From Methylophagaceae bacterium (GTDB lineage: Bacteria > Pseudomonadota > Gammaproteobacteria > Nitrosococcales > Methylophagaceae), in the NCBI GenBank assembly GCA_048595465.1, contig JBJPGE010000001.1, forward strand, positions 4,445-68,444: 64,000 bases of DNA, given 5' to 3'. The notes beneath the pieces were generated by a model, which made no database searches, was not told the DNA's origin, and was given only the letters and a program-made list of their open reading frames with translations. Each line of letters opens with the position of its first letter. The first letter of the stretch is position 1. Of this stretch, positions 29,720 to 40,821 are shown in pieces. The position numbers and the translations under genes were made by a program.

Positions 29720-30040
29720 ATGCTTAAATTAGTTTTCTTTGTGCCTGAAAGCCATAAAGAATCCGTAAAAGATGCTGTTTTTGAGCAGGGTGCTGGCCGC
29801 TACGAAGGATATGACTGTTGCTCGTGGGAAATACTGGGGAAAGGTCAATTTAGACCATTATCAGGTAGTCAGCCTTTCATTGGGCAACAAAACGAAACTG
29901 AAACTGTGGCAGAATATCGGGTAGAAATGATGTGTTCTGAAGAACATATTCGAGCTGTGTTGCTAGCATTAATTAATAGTCATCCTTATGAAACTCCTGC
30001 CTATGAAATTCAGTCAATTAAAACACTGAACGATTTTTAA
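29720..30040 (+). CDS. YqfO / NIF3-insert-like small protein
   Basis: 106 aa. LVFFVPESHKESVKDAVFEQGAGRYEGYDCCSW...HPYETPAYEI matches the stand-alone ferredoxin-like domain related to NIF3. Confidence 0.6.
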   Translation: MLKLVFFVPESHKESVKDAVFEQGAGRYEGYDCCSWEILGKGQFRPLSGSQPFIGQQNETETVAEYRVEMMCSEEHIRAVLLALINSHPYETPAYEIQSIKTLNDF

Positions 30041-30056
30041 CAAACTGAGTTATTTC

Positions 30057-32699
30057 ATGACCACTCCTAAAGAAACCTATTTAGCTGATTACCAAGTTCC
30101 TAACTATTTGATTGATACGGTGCATCTACATTTTGAATTAGAGGCATCAAAAACACATGTACGTAGTGTGCTAAGTATGCGTAAAAACCCGCAAGGTAAT
30201 GGTGGTGATTGCGTGCTTGATGGCGAGCAGCTTGAGTTGATATCAATTAAGATTGATGGTCGACAATTACAGGGAAATGAATACCAGCGAACGGAAAAGA
30301 GCTTACATTTATCTTCGCTTCCTGATTGCTGTGAATTAGAGATTGAAACACTTATTGAACCCGAACAAAATACGGCATTAGAGGGCTTATACCACTCTGG
30401 CTCATTACTTTGTACACAATGTGAAGCGGAAGGTTTTAGACGTATTACGTACTATCTAGATCGCCCTGATGTGATGGCCGTATTTACGGTTTCTTTGGTA
30501 GCTGATAAAGAGGCATGGCCAATCATGCTATCTAATGGGAATCTCGAAGAACAAGGGCAATTTGATGATGGCCGGCATTGGACGCGTTGGCATGATCCAC
30601 ATCCTAAACCAAGTTACCTTTTTGCTCTAGTGGCCGGTGATTTGTACCGCCAGCAAGATAGCTTTACTACACAGTCGGGGCGAGAAGTAAGTCTACAAAT
30701 TTATGTGGATCATGAAAATAGCCATAAATGTGACCACGCACTGATGTCTTTGAAACAAGCCATGAAGTGGGATGAAGAAACCTATGGTCGTGAATATGAT
30801 TTAGGTGTATTTATGATTGTGGCGGTCAATGATTTTAATATGGGAGCGATGGAAAATAAGGGCTTAAACATATTTAATGCTTCGTGTGTGTTAGCTAGTC
30901 CTGAAACAGCAACGGATGCTGATTACTATCGAATTCAAAGTATTGTTGGTCATGAATATTTTCATAACTGGTCAGGTAATCGAGTGACTTGCCGAGATTG
31001 GTTTCAACTTAGTTTGAAAGAAGGGTTTACGGTGTTACGTGATCAGCAATTTAGTGCTGCCCTTAATTCTGAGGCGGTTCAACGCATTGATGATGTAAAC
31101 CAGCTCCGTACGATGCAGTTTGCAGAAGACGCTGGTCCAATGGCACACCCTGTACGTCCTGCTTCGTTTATCGAGATCAGTAATTTTTATACGGTTACAA
31201 TCTATGAAAAGGGTGCTGAAGTTGTGGGCATGATTAAAACGATAGTAGGTGATGAAGGTTTTAGAAAAGGAACCGATTTTTACTTTGACCGCCATGATGG
31301 TCAAGCTGTTACTACTGATGATTTTGTTCAAGCCATTGAAGATGCTAACGCTGTAGACTTAAGCCAGTTCAAACGTTGGTATTCACAAGCAGGCACACCT
31401 GAAGTTGTTATTGATGGGCAGTATGATGACTTTAATAACGTCTATAGTTTAACCGTTTCTCAATCATGCCCTGCAACACCTGATCAAGTAGATAAAGAAG
31501 CGTTCCATATTCCTTTAGCTATGGGCTTATTAGATCAAAATGGTGATGCACTTTCATTACGACTTGAAGGTGATGAAGCTAATTTTGATGGCGATACACG
31601 AATTTTATCTATTACCGAATCAACGCAGACATTTATATTCAATAATGTGCAATTTAAGCCTACTCTTTCGGTATTACGTGGTTTTTCGGCACCTGTCATT
31701 ATTAAAGCCAAATATTCAAATGCTGAACTAGCATTTTTGATGGCATATGATAGCGATAGTTTTAATCGCTGGGATGCTGGGCAAACGTTGTTGATTAGTG
31801 TGCTGTTAAAACTCGCGAAGGATATACAACAACAAAACTCACTCAGCATCCCAAGTGACTTGATCCAACAGTTTAAATTTATTCTGATGGATAAAAAGCT
31901 TGATCCTGCTTTAATTGCCAAAATGCTGTCATTACCGACAGAGAATTATTTGGCAGCACAAATGAAAAATGCTGATGTTGACGCCATACATCGTGCTCGA
32001 CTCTTTCTAAAGAAGAGCTTAGCTAATGGTTTGAAAGAAGAATTTATAGCGATATATCAACAATATAACTCACGAGATAAATATCAATTCAATGCGCTGG
32101 ATATGGCGCGCAGAACGCTTAAAAATAGTTGTTTAAGTTACTTAATGTCAACCGATGACCCAATGCAGACACAACGTTGTCTTAAACAAATGAAACAGTC
32201 AGACAATATGACAGATACTATTACTGGACTGGTTTTATTGTCGAATCAAGCGGGACCAGAAGGTGAGCATGCATTACGCGCATTTTATGAGCAATGGCAG
32301 CATGATCGTTTGGTAGTGGATAAATGGTTGACAGTGCAGGCTCAATCAAACTTGCCAAATACATTATTACGTGTCAAAGCTTTAATGAAGCATCCAGCTT
32401 TTAGCATTAAAAACCCTAATAATGTACGTGCACTTATAGGACAATTCTGCCGAAATAACCCCATTAATTTTCATGCAAAAGATGGTTCTGGGTATTGCTT
32501 CTTAGCTGAACAAATATTAGTACTTAATAAACTTAATCCTCAAGTTGCTTCACGAATGCTAGGTGCTTTTAATTCTTGGCGGCAATATGATGAAGTGCGG
32601 CAAGGGTTAATGAAGCAAGCATTATCGGAGATTGCGAACCATGATGGTTTGTCTCCTGACGTGTATGAAGTCGTCACCAAGTATCTAGCTGATGTTTAA
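30057..32699 (+). CDS. pepN: aminopeptidase N
   Basis: GAMEN exopeptidase motif and the HEYFHNWSGN...E zincin motif. 880 aa, colinear with PepN. Confidence 0.93.
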   Translation: MTTPKETYLADYQVPNYLIDTVHLHFELEASKTHVRSVLSMRKNPQGNGGDCVLDGEQLELISIKIDGRQLQGNEYQRTEKSLHLSSLPDCCELEIETLIEPEQNTALEGLYHSGSLLCTQCEAEGFRRITYYLDRPDVMAVFTVSLVADKEAWPIMLSNGNLEEQGQFDDGRHWTRWHDPHPKPSYLFALVAGDLYRQQDSFTTQSGREVSLQIYVDHENSHKCDHALMSLKQAMKWDEETYGREYDLGVFMIVAVNDFNMGAMENKGLNIFNASCVLASPETATDADYYRIQSIVGHEYFHNWSGNRVTCRDWFQLSLKEGFTVLRDQQFSAALNSEAVQRIDDVNQLRTMQFAEDAGPMAHPVRPASFIEISNFYTVTIYEKGAEVVGMIKTIVGDEGFRKGTDFYFDRHDGQAVTTDDFVQAIEDANAVDLSQFKRWYSQAGTPEVVIDGQYDDFNNVYSLTVSQSCPATPDQVDKEAFHIPLAMGLLDQNGDALSLRLEGDEANFDGDTRILSITESTQTFIFNNVQFKPTLSVLRGFSAPVIIKAKYSNAELAFLMAYDSDSFNRWDAGQTLLISVLLKLAKDIQQQNSLSIPSDLIQQFKFILMDKKLDPALIAKMLSLPTENYLAAQMKNADVDAIHRARLFLKKSLANGLKEEFIAIYQQYNSRDKYQFNALDMARRTLKNSCLSYLMSTDDPMQTQRCLKQMKQSDNMTDTITGLVLLSNQAGPEGEHALRAFYEQWQHDRLVVDKWLTVQAQSNLPNTLLRVKALMKHPAFSIKNPNNVRALIGQFCRNNPINFHAKDGSGYCFLAEQILVLNKLNPQVASRMLGAFNSWRQYDEVRQGLMKQALSEIANHDGLSPDVYEVVTKYLADV

Positions 32700-33102
32700 A
32701 CTTGACCCACGATTAGAACAAGACACAATCTTAATCGGGGAGTCTTCTCTGAGCACAGTATTATTGATGAATGATGCACGTTATCCATGGGTAATCTTAG
32801 TGCCAAGAGCTACAGGCGTCACAGAGGTTTTTCAGCTAAATGTTAAACAACAAGCTCAACTGATGAACGAGTCAAATTTTATAGCGGAAAAAATGAAAAC
32901 ATTAGTGCAAGCTGACAAAATGAATGTAGCTGCATTAGGAAATGTCGTATCGCAGCTTCATATACATCATGTTGCTAGATTCATTGGTGATGAAACGTGG
33001 CCTGCACCTGTTTGGGGAAAGGGGGCAGCCGTTCAGTATGATAAAGCTGAGCGAGATGCTGTGTGTCAGCAATTTACACAATTATTTTCTGATTTGTTAT
33101 AA
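32692..33102 (+). CDS. HIT family protein
   Basis: 136 aa. QLHIHHVAR histidine-triad variant and an N-terminus typical of HIT hydrolases. 8-nt overlap with pepN. Confidence 0.7.
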   Translation: MFKLDPRLEQDTILIGESSLSTVLLMNDARYPWVILVPRATGVTEVFQLNVKQQAQLMNESNFIAEKMKTLVQADKMNVAALGNVVSQLHIHHVARFIGDETWPAPVWGKGAAVQYDKAERDAVCQQFTQLFSDLL

Positions 33103-33109
33103 GGTAATA

Positions 33110-33325
33110 ATGGAATTACACTTTAGCCTAAATGTGAGCCGAGAGCAGGCTTTACGCTATTATCAAGGTACGGCAAAAACAGTTGTTGTAACTGCTGCTA
33201 CAGGCCAGAAAATACAATTTCCAGCTGAACATATTAGGTCTTTTATAGATCAAAATGGTATTCAAGGACAGTTTAGTATCCAGTTTGATAAAGAGAATAA
33301 ATTGATCGGATTAAATCGTATCTAG
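33110..33325 (+). CDS. small conserved protein (DUF2835-like)
   Basis: 71 aa starting at ATG 33110: MELHFSLNVSREQALRYYQGTAKTVVV...IQFPAEHIRSFI. The longer ORF-track frame from 32942 overlaps the HIT gene and is not credible. Confidence 0.5.
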   Translation: MELHFSLNVSREQALRYYQGTAKTVVVTAATGQKIQFPAEHIRSFIDQNGIQGQFSIQFDKENKLIGLNRI

Positions 33326-36199
33326 CCGTAATTTAGGTTTTCCTAATGGATTGCCATCTAGAAAATAAGGTTTAGGCTTGCCGATATAAAACCCTTGGGC
33401 AAAATCGACCCCCATTGTTTTTAGCAAAGCAAGTGTTTCAGCATCCTGAACAAATTCAGCAACCGTTTTTTTACCCATACCTTTTGCAAGGTCAACCAAT
33501 GCTTTAACGAAGACACGGTCATTATCATTGTTGATTAAATTAACGATAAATGAACCATCAATTTTAATAAAGTCTACAGGAAGTTCACGCAATGAGTGGA
33601 ATGAAGAAGCATCTTTACCAAAATCATCTATAGAAAAGCGGTAACCTAAAGAATTTAATAACTCTATAAAGTCTCTTGCTTGAATAACATCTGGCGATGC
33701 TGCCGTTTCAGATAATTCAAACATTAAGCCATCCGCATTTGTATTATTATCTCTAAGCAGACGTTTTAAGAGTGGCACTAGAATAGAATCATTGATGGCG
33801 GCAGAAGATAAGTTAACTGAAAGTGAAACATCGGCATTCACTTGTTTTAATTCTGCCTGTAATTTAATGCTGTTTTTTATAACAAAGTGATCAATGTCAT
33901 GTATAAGGCCAGTCTGTTCGGCTATAGGAATGAATGCTGAAGGCGGATGGATCGTATTGTTATCATCAAGCATCCGAATTAACACTTCATAATGATCAAT
34001 TGCTTCTGATTGAATATTCATGACAGGTTGATAATGAAGAATGAAACGGTTGTTTTCTAAAGCATTTTCTATTTGTTCTTTCCAAAATACACGAGACTCT
34101 AATTGATCGCGTGTTGTATCATCAACATTGAACTGATGCCATGTGTTTTTTCCTTTAGCTTTCGCTTGATACATGGCGATGTCAGCATTGCTTATTAACT
34201 CTTCAATAGTTTGCTCTTCCAAAGGAAATTGGACGATACCGATGCTTGTTGTTACTTTATATTTTAAGCTGTTAAAACTAATGTTAATTTGTGCCAACTG
34301 TTCGATGATTTTTTGAGCAAAGTTAATGGCACCATCTTCATCTGTTTGCGGCAAGATAATGGCAAATTCATCGCCGCCTAGACGTGCAACACTGTCTGTT
34401 GTGCGGGAGAGTGTTAATAATGTTTCAGCAACTTGTTTAAGTACTTGATCCCCTGCTTTATGACCGTAACGATCGTTGATGTCTTTAAACTGATCAAGGT
34501 CAAGAAACAGTAAGGCTCCTTGATGATCAAAACGTTTAGCATTATTAAGCAACTGTTCAAAAGTAGAGTTGAATTTTCGACGGTTATAAAGCTCGGTTAA
34601 TACATCATGCTCAGCTAACCAGATAATATGCTCATCGCTACGTTTTTTCTCGGTAATATCCAGTCCGACAGCTAAGATAACAGAGTCATCCGTCGGATGG
34701 TTTAGACTGGAAAGGAGCCAAGAAATAATGTGAACAGTGCCTGTGCTGCGATTAATAAGCTCAGACTCTTGCTGGCTAATGGTTTGATCAGTAGTTTGTA
34801 AGCGAGTAAGGATATTTTTGGTTTCTGACCATTGTTCTGTAGGGAAAAAACGTTCAAAAGATGAGTTAACTATTTCAGTTGATGCATAGCCTGTTATTTC
34901 TTCTGAAAAATGATTAAAAGAGGTTATTAGGCATTGTTTGTCCAGCGTTATAATAACCATTTGGGCAGTATTTATTAAACTTTGGACAAAGTCTCTTTCT
35001 TGTTGAAGCTCTTCACTACGCTTACTTAGCGTGATTGTGTGGTCATTTATTGAATCGTACAAACTTTCTTGTTGAGATGTTAATTCAAACGTTGATTTCT
35101 CTAATTGAGTAAGCTCATCATTAAAACCTAAAAAACTGGTTTTCTGAGGGATTAATAACTTAGCTTCGTCATACTTTTGCTGGGCAATAAGAGGTAATGC
35201 TTCTGATATTAAAGCCAGTCGAGACAAGGGTCTTGAGATAAAAAAGAACAGGCCAACAGCCATTATCAGCATGCTGAGAAGTGAAAATAGGAAGTTACGA
35301 TAAGTTGTATCAATAATTTCTTGATAATGTGAAGAAATATTATCGATGATAATGAACAAAAGGTTTTTATCTTGTTTTGAATTAATAAGGTGAAATTCAA
35401 CTGGAGATAGATCCGCTTTTAAAAGCTGAAGGGGAGAATTACTGTCCCTTATTATTTGATTTGTCTTGATATCATAAGAGGTGTAGCTTTTTGCCAGTTT
35501 ATCTAAATGAAACTTACTTTCATCAAGTGACGTTATTGCATGAACGTTCATATCCCATTCAGGAATAAATCGATTGGCTTGCAGGATTAAGTTGTTTTGC
35601 CGTTTACCAAGGATGGCAACGTCGGCTCCTGTTTTTTGAGTAAATTTTAATAATGTATCACTCATCCCAGATGCAACAACTAACATTGAGCTGACACGCT
35701 TTTTAATAAGTATAGGGATCAGGTTAAACTGAATACATTCTTGTCCACAATGAATATAACTTTGTGCCGAGCCATTCTCAATGACAGAAGGGATAAGTTG
35801 TTTAATGTTCTTGGGCAGTTCATTTCCCCATCCTGCCAACTGATTACCGGAAGCATCTAAATATTGGGCATGGGAGAGTTGCCAATCGACTTCAAGAGAT
35901 GTGCGGTTACTATTTAATAGATGCGTTGTTGTTACTAGATATTTTCTAACAGATAAATTGTTATCAGGAAGAAGCATGAGTTCTGCTAATTGCTGTAATT
36001 GGTTGCTAGAACTCGTTATTTCATTGCTTAGATCTTGTTTGAATTGCTGCTGAATTTGATCACGAGAGAAATTGAGGTCTTGGAGTGAATTCCAATAAGT
36101 TAAAAGGAGGAAACCGGCATTAAACAGGAGCAATAGGACGCCAAAAAAGAACGCAGCTTTCCACTTCACACTTAAGAAAAATTGATTAAATAGACCCAT
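33311..36199 (-). CDS. membrane sensor diguanylate cyclase/phosphodiesterase (periplasmic domain-TM-PAS-GGDEF-EAL)
   Basis: Two TM segments flank a ~270-aa periplasmic region. RLGGDEFAI with RTTD (RxxD I-site) five residues upstream. EAL domain (YEVLIRM, DDFG). 962 aa. Confidence 0.88.
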   Translation of the reverse strand: MGLFNQFFLSVKWKAAFFFGVLLLLFNAGFLLLTYWNSLQDLNFSRDQIQQQFKQDLSNEITSSSNQLQQLAELMLLPDNNLSVRKYLVTTTHLLNSNRTSLEVDWQLSHAQYLDASGNQLAGWGNELPKNIKQLIPSVIENGSAQSYIHCGQECIQFNLIPILIKKRVSSMLVVASGMSDTLLKFTQKTGADVAILGKRQNNLILQANRFIPEWDMNVHAITSLDESKFHLDKLAKSYTSYDIKTNQIIRDSNSPLQLLKADLSPVEFHLINSKQDKNLLFIIIDNISSHYQEIIDTTYRNFLFSLLSMLIMAVGLFFFISRPLSRLALISEALPLIAQQKYDEAKLLIPQKTSFLGFNDELTQLEKSTFELTSQQESLYDSINDHTITLSKRSEELQQERDFVQSLINTAQMVIITLDKQCLITSFNHFSEEITGYASTEIVNSSFERFFPTEQWSETKNILTRLQTTDQTISQQESELINRSTGTVHIISWLLSSLNHPTDDSVILAVGLDITEKKRSDEHIIWLAEHDVLTELYNRRKFNSTFEQLLNNAKRFDHQGALLFLDLDQFKDINDRYGHKAGDQVLKQVAETLLTLSRTTDSVARLGGDEFAIILPQTDEDGAINFAQKIIEQLAQINISFNSLKYKVTTSIGIVQFPLEEQTIEELISNADIAMYQAKAKGKNTWHQFNVDDTTRDQLESRVFWKEQIENALENNRFILHYQPVMNIQSEAIDHYEVLIRMLDDNNTIHPPSAFIPIAEQTGLIHDIDHFVIKNSIKLQAELKQVNADVSLSVNLSSAAINDSILVPLLKRLLRDNNTNADGLMFELSETAASPDVIQARDFIELLNSLGYRFSIDDFGKDASSFHSLRELPVDFIKIDGSFIVNLINNDNDRVFVKALVDLAKGMGKKTVAEFVQDAETLALLKTMGVDFAQGFYIGKPKPYFLDGNPLGKPKLRLDTI

Positions 36200-36338
36200 G
36201 TATTATTTAAGGCGTACCAAATTAAAACGATTTATTAGAAATAACAATATGGACACTTATAGCCTTAATCTACAAATTAGTCTATTGTACTATCGTACGT
36301 ACCATACCATAATTTAATGATAATAGTGATGCCGGAAA

Positions 36339-36776
36339 TCACCTAGAATCTTTATCGTAATGGAGATAGGTGGCGGATAACTTATCTGCCCAGCTTTTGT
36401 TATTATCCCCTAAATATTGCCACCAAAAACCTACTCCAAGAGGGATCCATGACAGAAATGCGGCAACAAAGCGAAGTGTCGATTGTCGCCAGCTAATAGT
36501 GTTTTGTTCTTCACTCAATAAATATACTTTCCATGCGCGCATCCCGATAGTTTGACCACCGTGGGTCCAGAACCAAACATAAAATAACCAACTTACAGCA
36601 AATAAATAGGCAATAAAAAATAGGTTGCCTTGGCTGATAGCCTTGCCATCATTAATAATGACGGCAATGAGTGATGCAAGAAATAAGATTGATAGCAAAA
36701 CCATAGCATCATAAAACATAACAGCGAGCATTCTAAATAAACTGGGTCGACGTACTGTGTTTGAATGTTCGGTCAT
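36339..36776 (-). CDS. RDD family membrane protein
   Basis: 145 aa, three TM segments. R..A...D and GGQTIGMRAWKV fit the RDD pattern. Confidence 0.65.
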   Translation of the reverse strand: MTEHSNTVRRPSLFRMLAVMFYDAMVLLSILFLASLIAVIINDGKAISQGNLFFIAYLFAVSWLFYVWFWTHGGQTIGMRAWKVYLLSEEQNTISWRQSTLRFVAAFLSWIPLGVGFWWQYLGDNNKSWADKLSATYLHYDKDSR

Positions 36777-36842
36777 AAAAATACAAATATAGTTGGGTAT
36801 AAAGTATCATTATTACATTAAGTTATATGAATAGGGTTTAGC

Positions 36843-39800
36843 ATGTTGCAATTGACAGGTCGTTCAGCATTTTCGGCATTTCGCTTAGACAAGTTATTAG
36901 CTTCGTTACAAGGCGATGTTGATGGTGTGATTTCGGTTCGTGGTGAATATCGCTATTTCATTGAAATTGAAGATGAAACAAAGCTTTCTGCAGCGGAAGA
37001 AGCAGTATTGGAAACTTTGCTTGAAGCAACTAATGAAAGCAATGCTGAGATAAGTAACGAAAACTTTTTCCTCGTTACTCCTCGCCCAGGAACGATATCG
37101 CCTTGGTCAAGCAAGGCAACCGATATTGCGCATAATAGTGGATTGGCAGCTATTTTGCGTATGGAACGAGGCATAGCATTTTATATAAAAACAGCTGGTT
37201 CCTTATCAGCAAGTCAGCGTCAACAAATTGCTACACAATTACACGATCGAATGATTGAGGTAGTATTTGATTCTGTCGATGAAGTTGAGCGTTTATTTAT
37301 TCACAATTCATCAAGGCCTTTAGCTGCCGTCGATATTTTAAATGGTGGGCGAGAAGCATTAGTTTTAGCGAATAAAACAATGGGCTTGGCTTTAGCTGAA
37401 GATGAAATTGATTATTTGGTTGATAATTTCACTTTGTTAGGACGTAACCCCAACGACATTGAGTTGATGATGTTTGCTCAAGCAAACTCAGAACATTGCC
37501 GACATAAAATATTCAGTGCAGATTGGATTATTGATGGTAAAGAACAACCTCATACGCTGTTTAATATGATCCGTAATACCCATGCTTTGCACCCAGAAGG
37601 TGTGATAACGGCATACAGTGATAACTCTTCCGTTATTGAAGGTGCAAACACACACCGTTTCCATGTTGATATGGCGAATAACCACTATAGCTATCAAGGT
37701 GAAGTTCAACATATTTTGATGAAAGTGGAAACGCATAATCACCCTACGGCTATTTCGCCGTTTCCAGGGGCGGCTACAGGCGCTGGAGGTGAGATTCGTG
37801 ATGAAGGTGCGACAGGACGAGGTTCTAAACCCAAAGCAGGCTTAACCGGCTTTTCTGTTTCAAATTTGAATATTGAAGGTTTTGAACAACCGTGGGAAAC
37901 CGTTTATGGAAAGCCATCACGTATGGCATCAGCACAAGATATTATGCTTGAAGGGCCCATTGGTGGCGCGGCATTTAATAATGAGTTTGGTCGACCCAAC
38001 TTATGCGGTTATTTCCGTACTTATGAAGCCTTAGTACCCAGTGTGAATGGCTTTGAAGTACGTGGTTATCATAAACCCATTATGGTTGCCGGTGGTATGG
38101 GCACCATTCGTCCTCAACACGTTAAAAAGAATATTTTTGAGCCAGGTGTTCAGTTAATCGTTTTAGGTGGCCCAGCCATGTTAATTGGTTTGGGCGGCAG
38201 TGCTGCTTCATCTGTAGCATCGGGTGCCAGTGATGAAGGTTTAGACTTCGCTTCAGTGCAACGTGGTAATCCTGAAATGGAACGCCGTTGCCAAGAAGTG
38301 ATAGACCGCTGTGTGGCATTAGATGAAAATAATCCTATTATTGCTATCCATGATGTGGGAGCGGGCGGCCTTTCTAACGCATTCCCTGAGCTAGTTGATG
38401 ATAGTGGTCGAGGTGGTCGATTTGAACTGCGTTTAGTGCCGAATGATGAATCGAGTATGTCACCGATGGAAATCTGGTGTAACGAATCGCAAGAACGCTA
38501 TGTGATGGGTGTTTCGCCAGAGCAAGTGGAAATATTCCAAGCCATTTGTGAACGAGAACGTTGCCCATGGGCGATCGTAGGTGAAGTAACAGCGCAGCAG
38601 CATTTGTTAGTGGGTGATGCTGATAATGATAATAATCCAGTTGATATGCCGATGTCACTATTGCTGGGCAAGCCGCCTAAAATGTTACGTGATGTTAAGC
38701 ATCAGACTTTTGAAAAACCAGAACTAACGCTAGATGGTGTCACTGTTAGTGAAGCCTTAGAGCGCGTATTAAGGCTCCCAGCAGTGGCTAGCAAAAACTT
38801 TTTAATTACCATTGGCGATCGTAGTGTTACAGGATTAGTTGCACGTGACCAAATGGTGGGTCCGTGGCAAGTTCCCGTTGCAGATTGTGCCGTAACTTTG
38901 GCTGATCATCACGGATTTATTGGTGAAGCGATGTCAATGGGCGAGCGAGCACCTTTAGCATTAATTGACGCACCAGCATCAGGGCGAATGGCTGTGGGTG
39001 AAGCTATTACTAATATTGCGGCAGCATGCATCGCTGATATGAGTGATATTAAATTATCGGCAAATTGGATGGCGGCGTGTGGTCATGCTGGCGAAGATGC
39101 GATTCTTTATGAAACAGTTGAAGCTGTAGGTATGGAACTATGCCCTCAATTAGGCATTGCTATTCCTGTAGGTAAAGATTCATTATCAATGAAAACAGTG
39201 TGGCAAGATGACGGTGAAAATAAATCAGTTACCTCACCACTGTCATTGATTGTTACGGCTTTTGCACCTGTAACAGATGCATCAAAAACAGCGACACCAC
39301 AATTACGCACAAATCAAGGTGATAGCGATTTAATCTATATTGATTTGGGTAAAGGTTGTAACCGACTTGCCGCCTCTGCAATTGCACAGGTTTATAATCA
39401 AGTAGGTCATCATGGTCCTGATTTAGATGATCCAAAATTGTTGAAGAAATTCTTTTATGCGATTCAACAATTACAGCAAGATGATTTATTGTTGGCCTAT
39501 CACGATCGTAGTGATGGTGGTTTGATTACGACGCTGTGTGAAATGGCATTTGCAGGTCATTGTGGTATTGATGTCAGTTTAGCTGGCTTGGGTGGCCCAT
39601 TAGCACTGTTATTCAATGAAGAATTGGGTGCGGTGATTCAAGTGCGCCACTGTGATGTTGAAGATGTGCTAGCCGTACTTCGTGAGCAAGATTTATCACA
39701 TCATAGTCATGTCATTGGCTCTGTTACGGATGGAAAGCAAATCTCTATAAGGGTTAATGGTCAGCAGGAAATTAATCAATCACGCATCGAGCTACAGCGT

Positions 39801-40727
39801 TTTTGGGCTGAAACAAGCTATCAAATGCAAGCTTTACGAGATAATCCTAAATGTGCAATAGAAGAATTTGATGCGTTACTGGATGAACATGATCCTGGTT
39901 TAAATGCACAGTTGACGTTTGATCCGACAGAACATATTGCAGCAGCACTTATTGTGAGTGGTGAACGTCCGAAAATGGCGATCTTAAGGGAGCAGGGCAT
40001 TAATGGGCAGATAGAAATGGCTGCAGCATTTGATCATGCTGGCTTTACGGCGATTGATGTTCATATGAGTGATATTATTGAGGGTCGTGTTAACTTGGCT
40101 GACTTTAAAGGCTTAGTCGCGTGTGGTGGTTTCTCTTATGGTGATGTATTAGGTGCAGGTCGAGGTTGGGCAAGTACCATTTTGCATAATGAAACGGCAA
40201 GAAAACAATTTAGTGATTTCTTTAAGCGTGATGACAGTTTTGCACTCGGTATTTGTAATGGTTGTCAGATGTTATCGCAATTAAAAGAACTGATTCCAGG
40301 CAGTGATCATTGGCCTAGTTTTGAGCGAAACATGTCAGAACAATTTGAAGCACGATTATCATTAGTTGAAATAGTCGAATCACCGTCAATATTGTTGAAA
40401 GGTATGGCTGGTTCAATTATGCCTATTGCAGTAGCACATGGTGAAGGGCGGGCAGATTTTAGTGAAACAGGTTCAATGAACGATTCATTGATTGCCATGC
40501 GTTATGTCGATAATTATGGTCAAGCAACAGAGCATTATCCACAAAATCCAAATGGATCGCCTGAGGGTATCACTGCATTAACAACAACCGATGGCCGTGT
40601 CACTATTATGATGCCTCACCCAGAACGGGTGACACGAACAGTTCAGCACTCATGGCATCCGGATAACTGGAGTAAAGATGGACCTTGGTTAAGACTCTTT
40701 CACAATGCTCGGAAATGGGTAGCTTAG
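36843..40727 (+). CDS. purL: phosphoribosylformylglycinamidine synthase (large single-chain FGAM synthetase)
   Basis: 1294 aa. [33 protein letters not shown] and the C-terminal GATase (GICNGCQ, PHPER). Confidence 0.95.
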   Translation: MLQLTGRSAFSAFRLDKLLASLQGDVDGVISVRGEYRYFIEIEDETKLSAAEEAVLETLLEATNESNAEISNENFFLVTPRPGTISPWSSKATDIAHNSGLAAILRMERGIAFYIKTAGSLSASQRQQIATQLHDRMIEVVFDSVDEVERLFIHNSSRPLAAVDILNGGREALVLANKTMGLALAEDEIDYLVDNFTLLGRNPNDIELMMFAQANSEHCRHKIFSADWIIDGKEQPHTLFNMIRNTHALHPEGVITAYSDNSSVIEGANTHRFHVDMANNHYSYQGEVQHILMKVETHNHPTAISPFPGAATGAGGEIRDEGATGRGSKPKAGLTGFSVSNLNIEGFEQPWETVYGKPSRMASAQDIMLEGPIGGAAFNNEFGRPNLCGYFRTYEALVPSVNGFEVRGYHKPIMVAGGMGTIRPQHVKKNIFEPGVQLIVLGGPAMLIGLGGSAASSVASGASDEGLDFASVQRGNPEMERRCQEVIDRCVALDENNPIIAIHDVGAGGLSNAFPELVDDSGRGGRFELRLVPNDESSMSPMEIWCNESQERYVMGVSPEQVEIFQAICERERCPWAIVGEVTAQQHLLVGDADNDNNPVDMPMSLLLGKPPKMLRDVKHQTFEKPELTLDGVTVSEALERVLRLPAVASKNFLITIGDRSVTGLVARDQMVGPWQVPVADCAVTLADHHGFIGEAMSMGERAPLALIDAPASGRMAVGEAITNIAAACIADMSDIKLSANWMAACGHAGEDAILYETVEAVGMELCPQLGIAIPVGKDSLSMKTVWQDDGENKSVTSPLSLIVTAFAPVTDASKTATPQLRTNQGDSDLIYIDLGKGCNRLAASAIAQVYNQVGHHGPDLDDPKLLKKFFYAIQQLQQDDLLLAYHDRSDGGLITTLCEMAFAGHCGIDVSLAGLGGPLALLFNEELGAVIQVRHCDVEDVLAVLREQDLSHHSHVIGSVTDGKQISIRVNGQQEINQSRIELQRFWAETSYQMQALRDNPKCAIEEFDALLDEHDPGLNAQLTFDPTEHIAAALIVSGERPKMAILREQGINGQIEMAAAFDHAGFTAIDVHMSDIIEGRVNLADFKGLVACGGFSYGDVLGAGRGWASTILHNETARKQFSDFFKRDDSFALGICNGCQMLSQLKELIPGSDHWPSFERNMSEQFEARLSLVEIVESPSILLKGMAGSIMPIAVAHGEGRADFSETGSMNDSLIAMRYVDNYGQATEHYPQNPNGSPEGITALTTTDGRVTIMMPHPERVTRTVQHSWHPDNWSKDGPWLRLFHNARKWVA

Positions 40728-40821
40728 ATTGTTCGTGAACAAGTAGACATATTTCTTTAACTACATTATATTAGCTTGCATTGCCTAATTTTGAGTGAAT
40801 TCTGATTTTTAAGGAGCAAAG

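Noticed and set aside
32942-33109. Long N-terminal extension of the DUF2835-like ORF (ORF-track start at 32942)
   Set aside because: The extension overlaps the HIT gene in another frame. The conserved-looking part begins at ATG 33110, just after the HIT stop.
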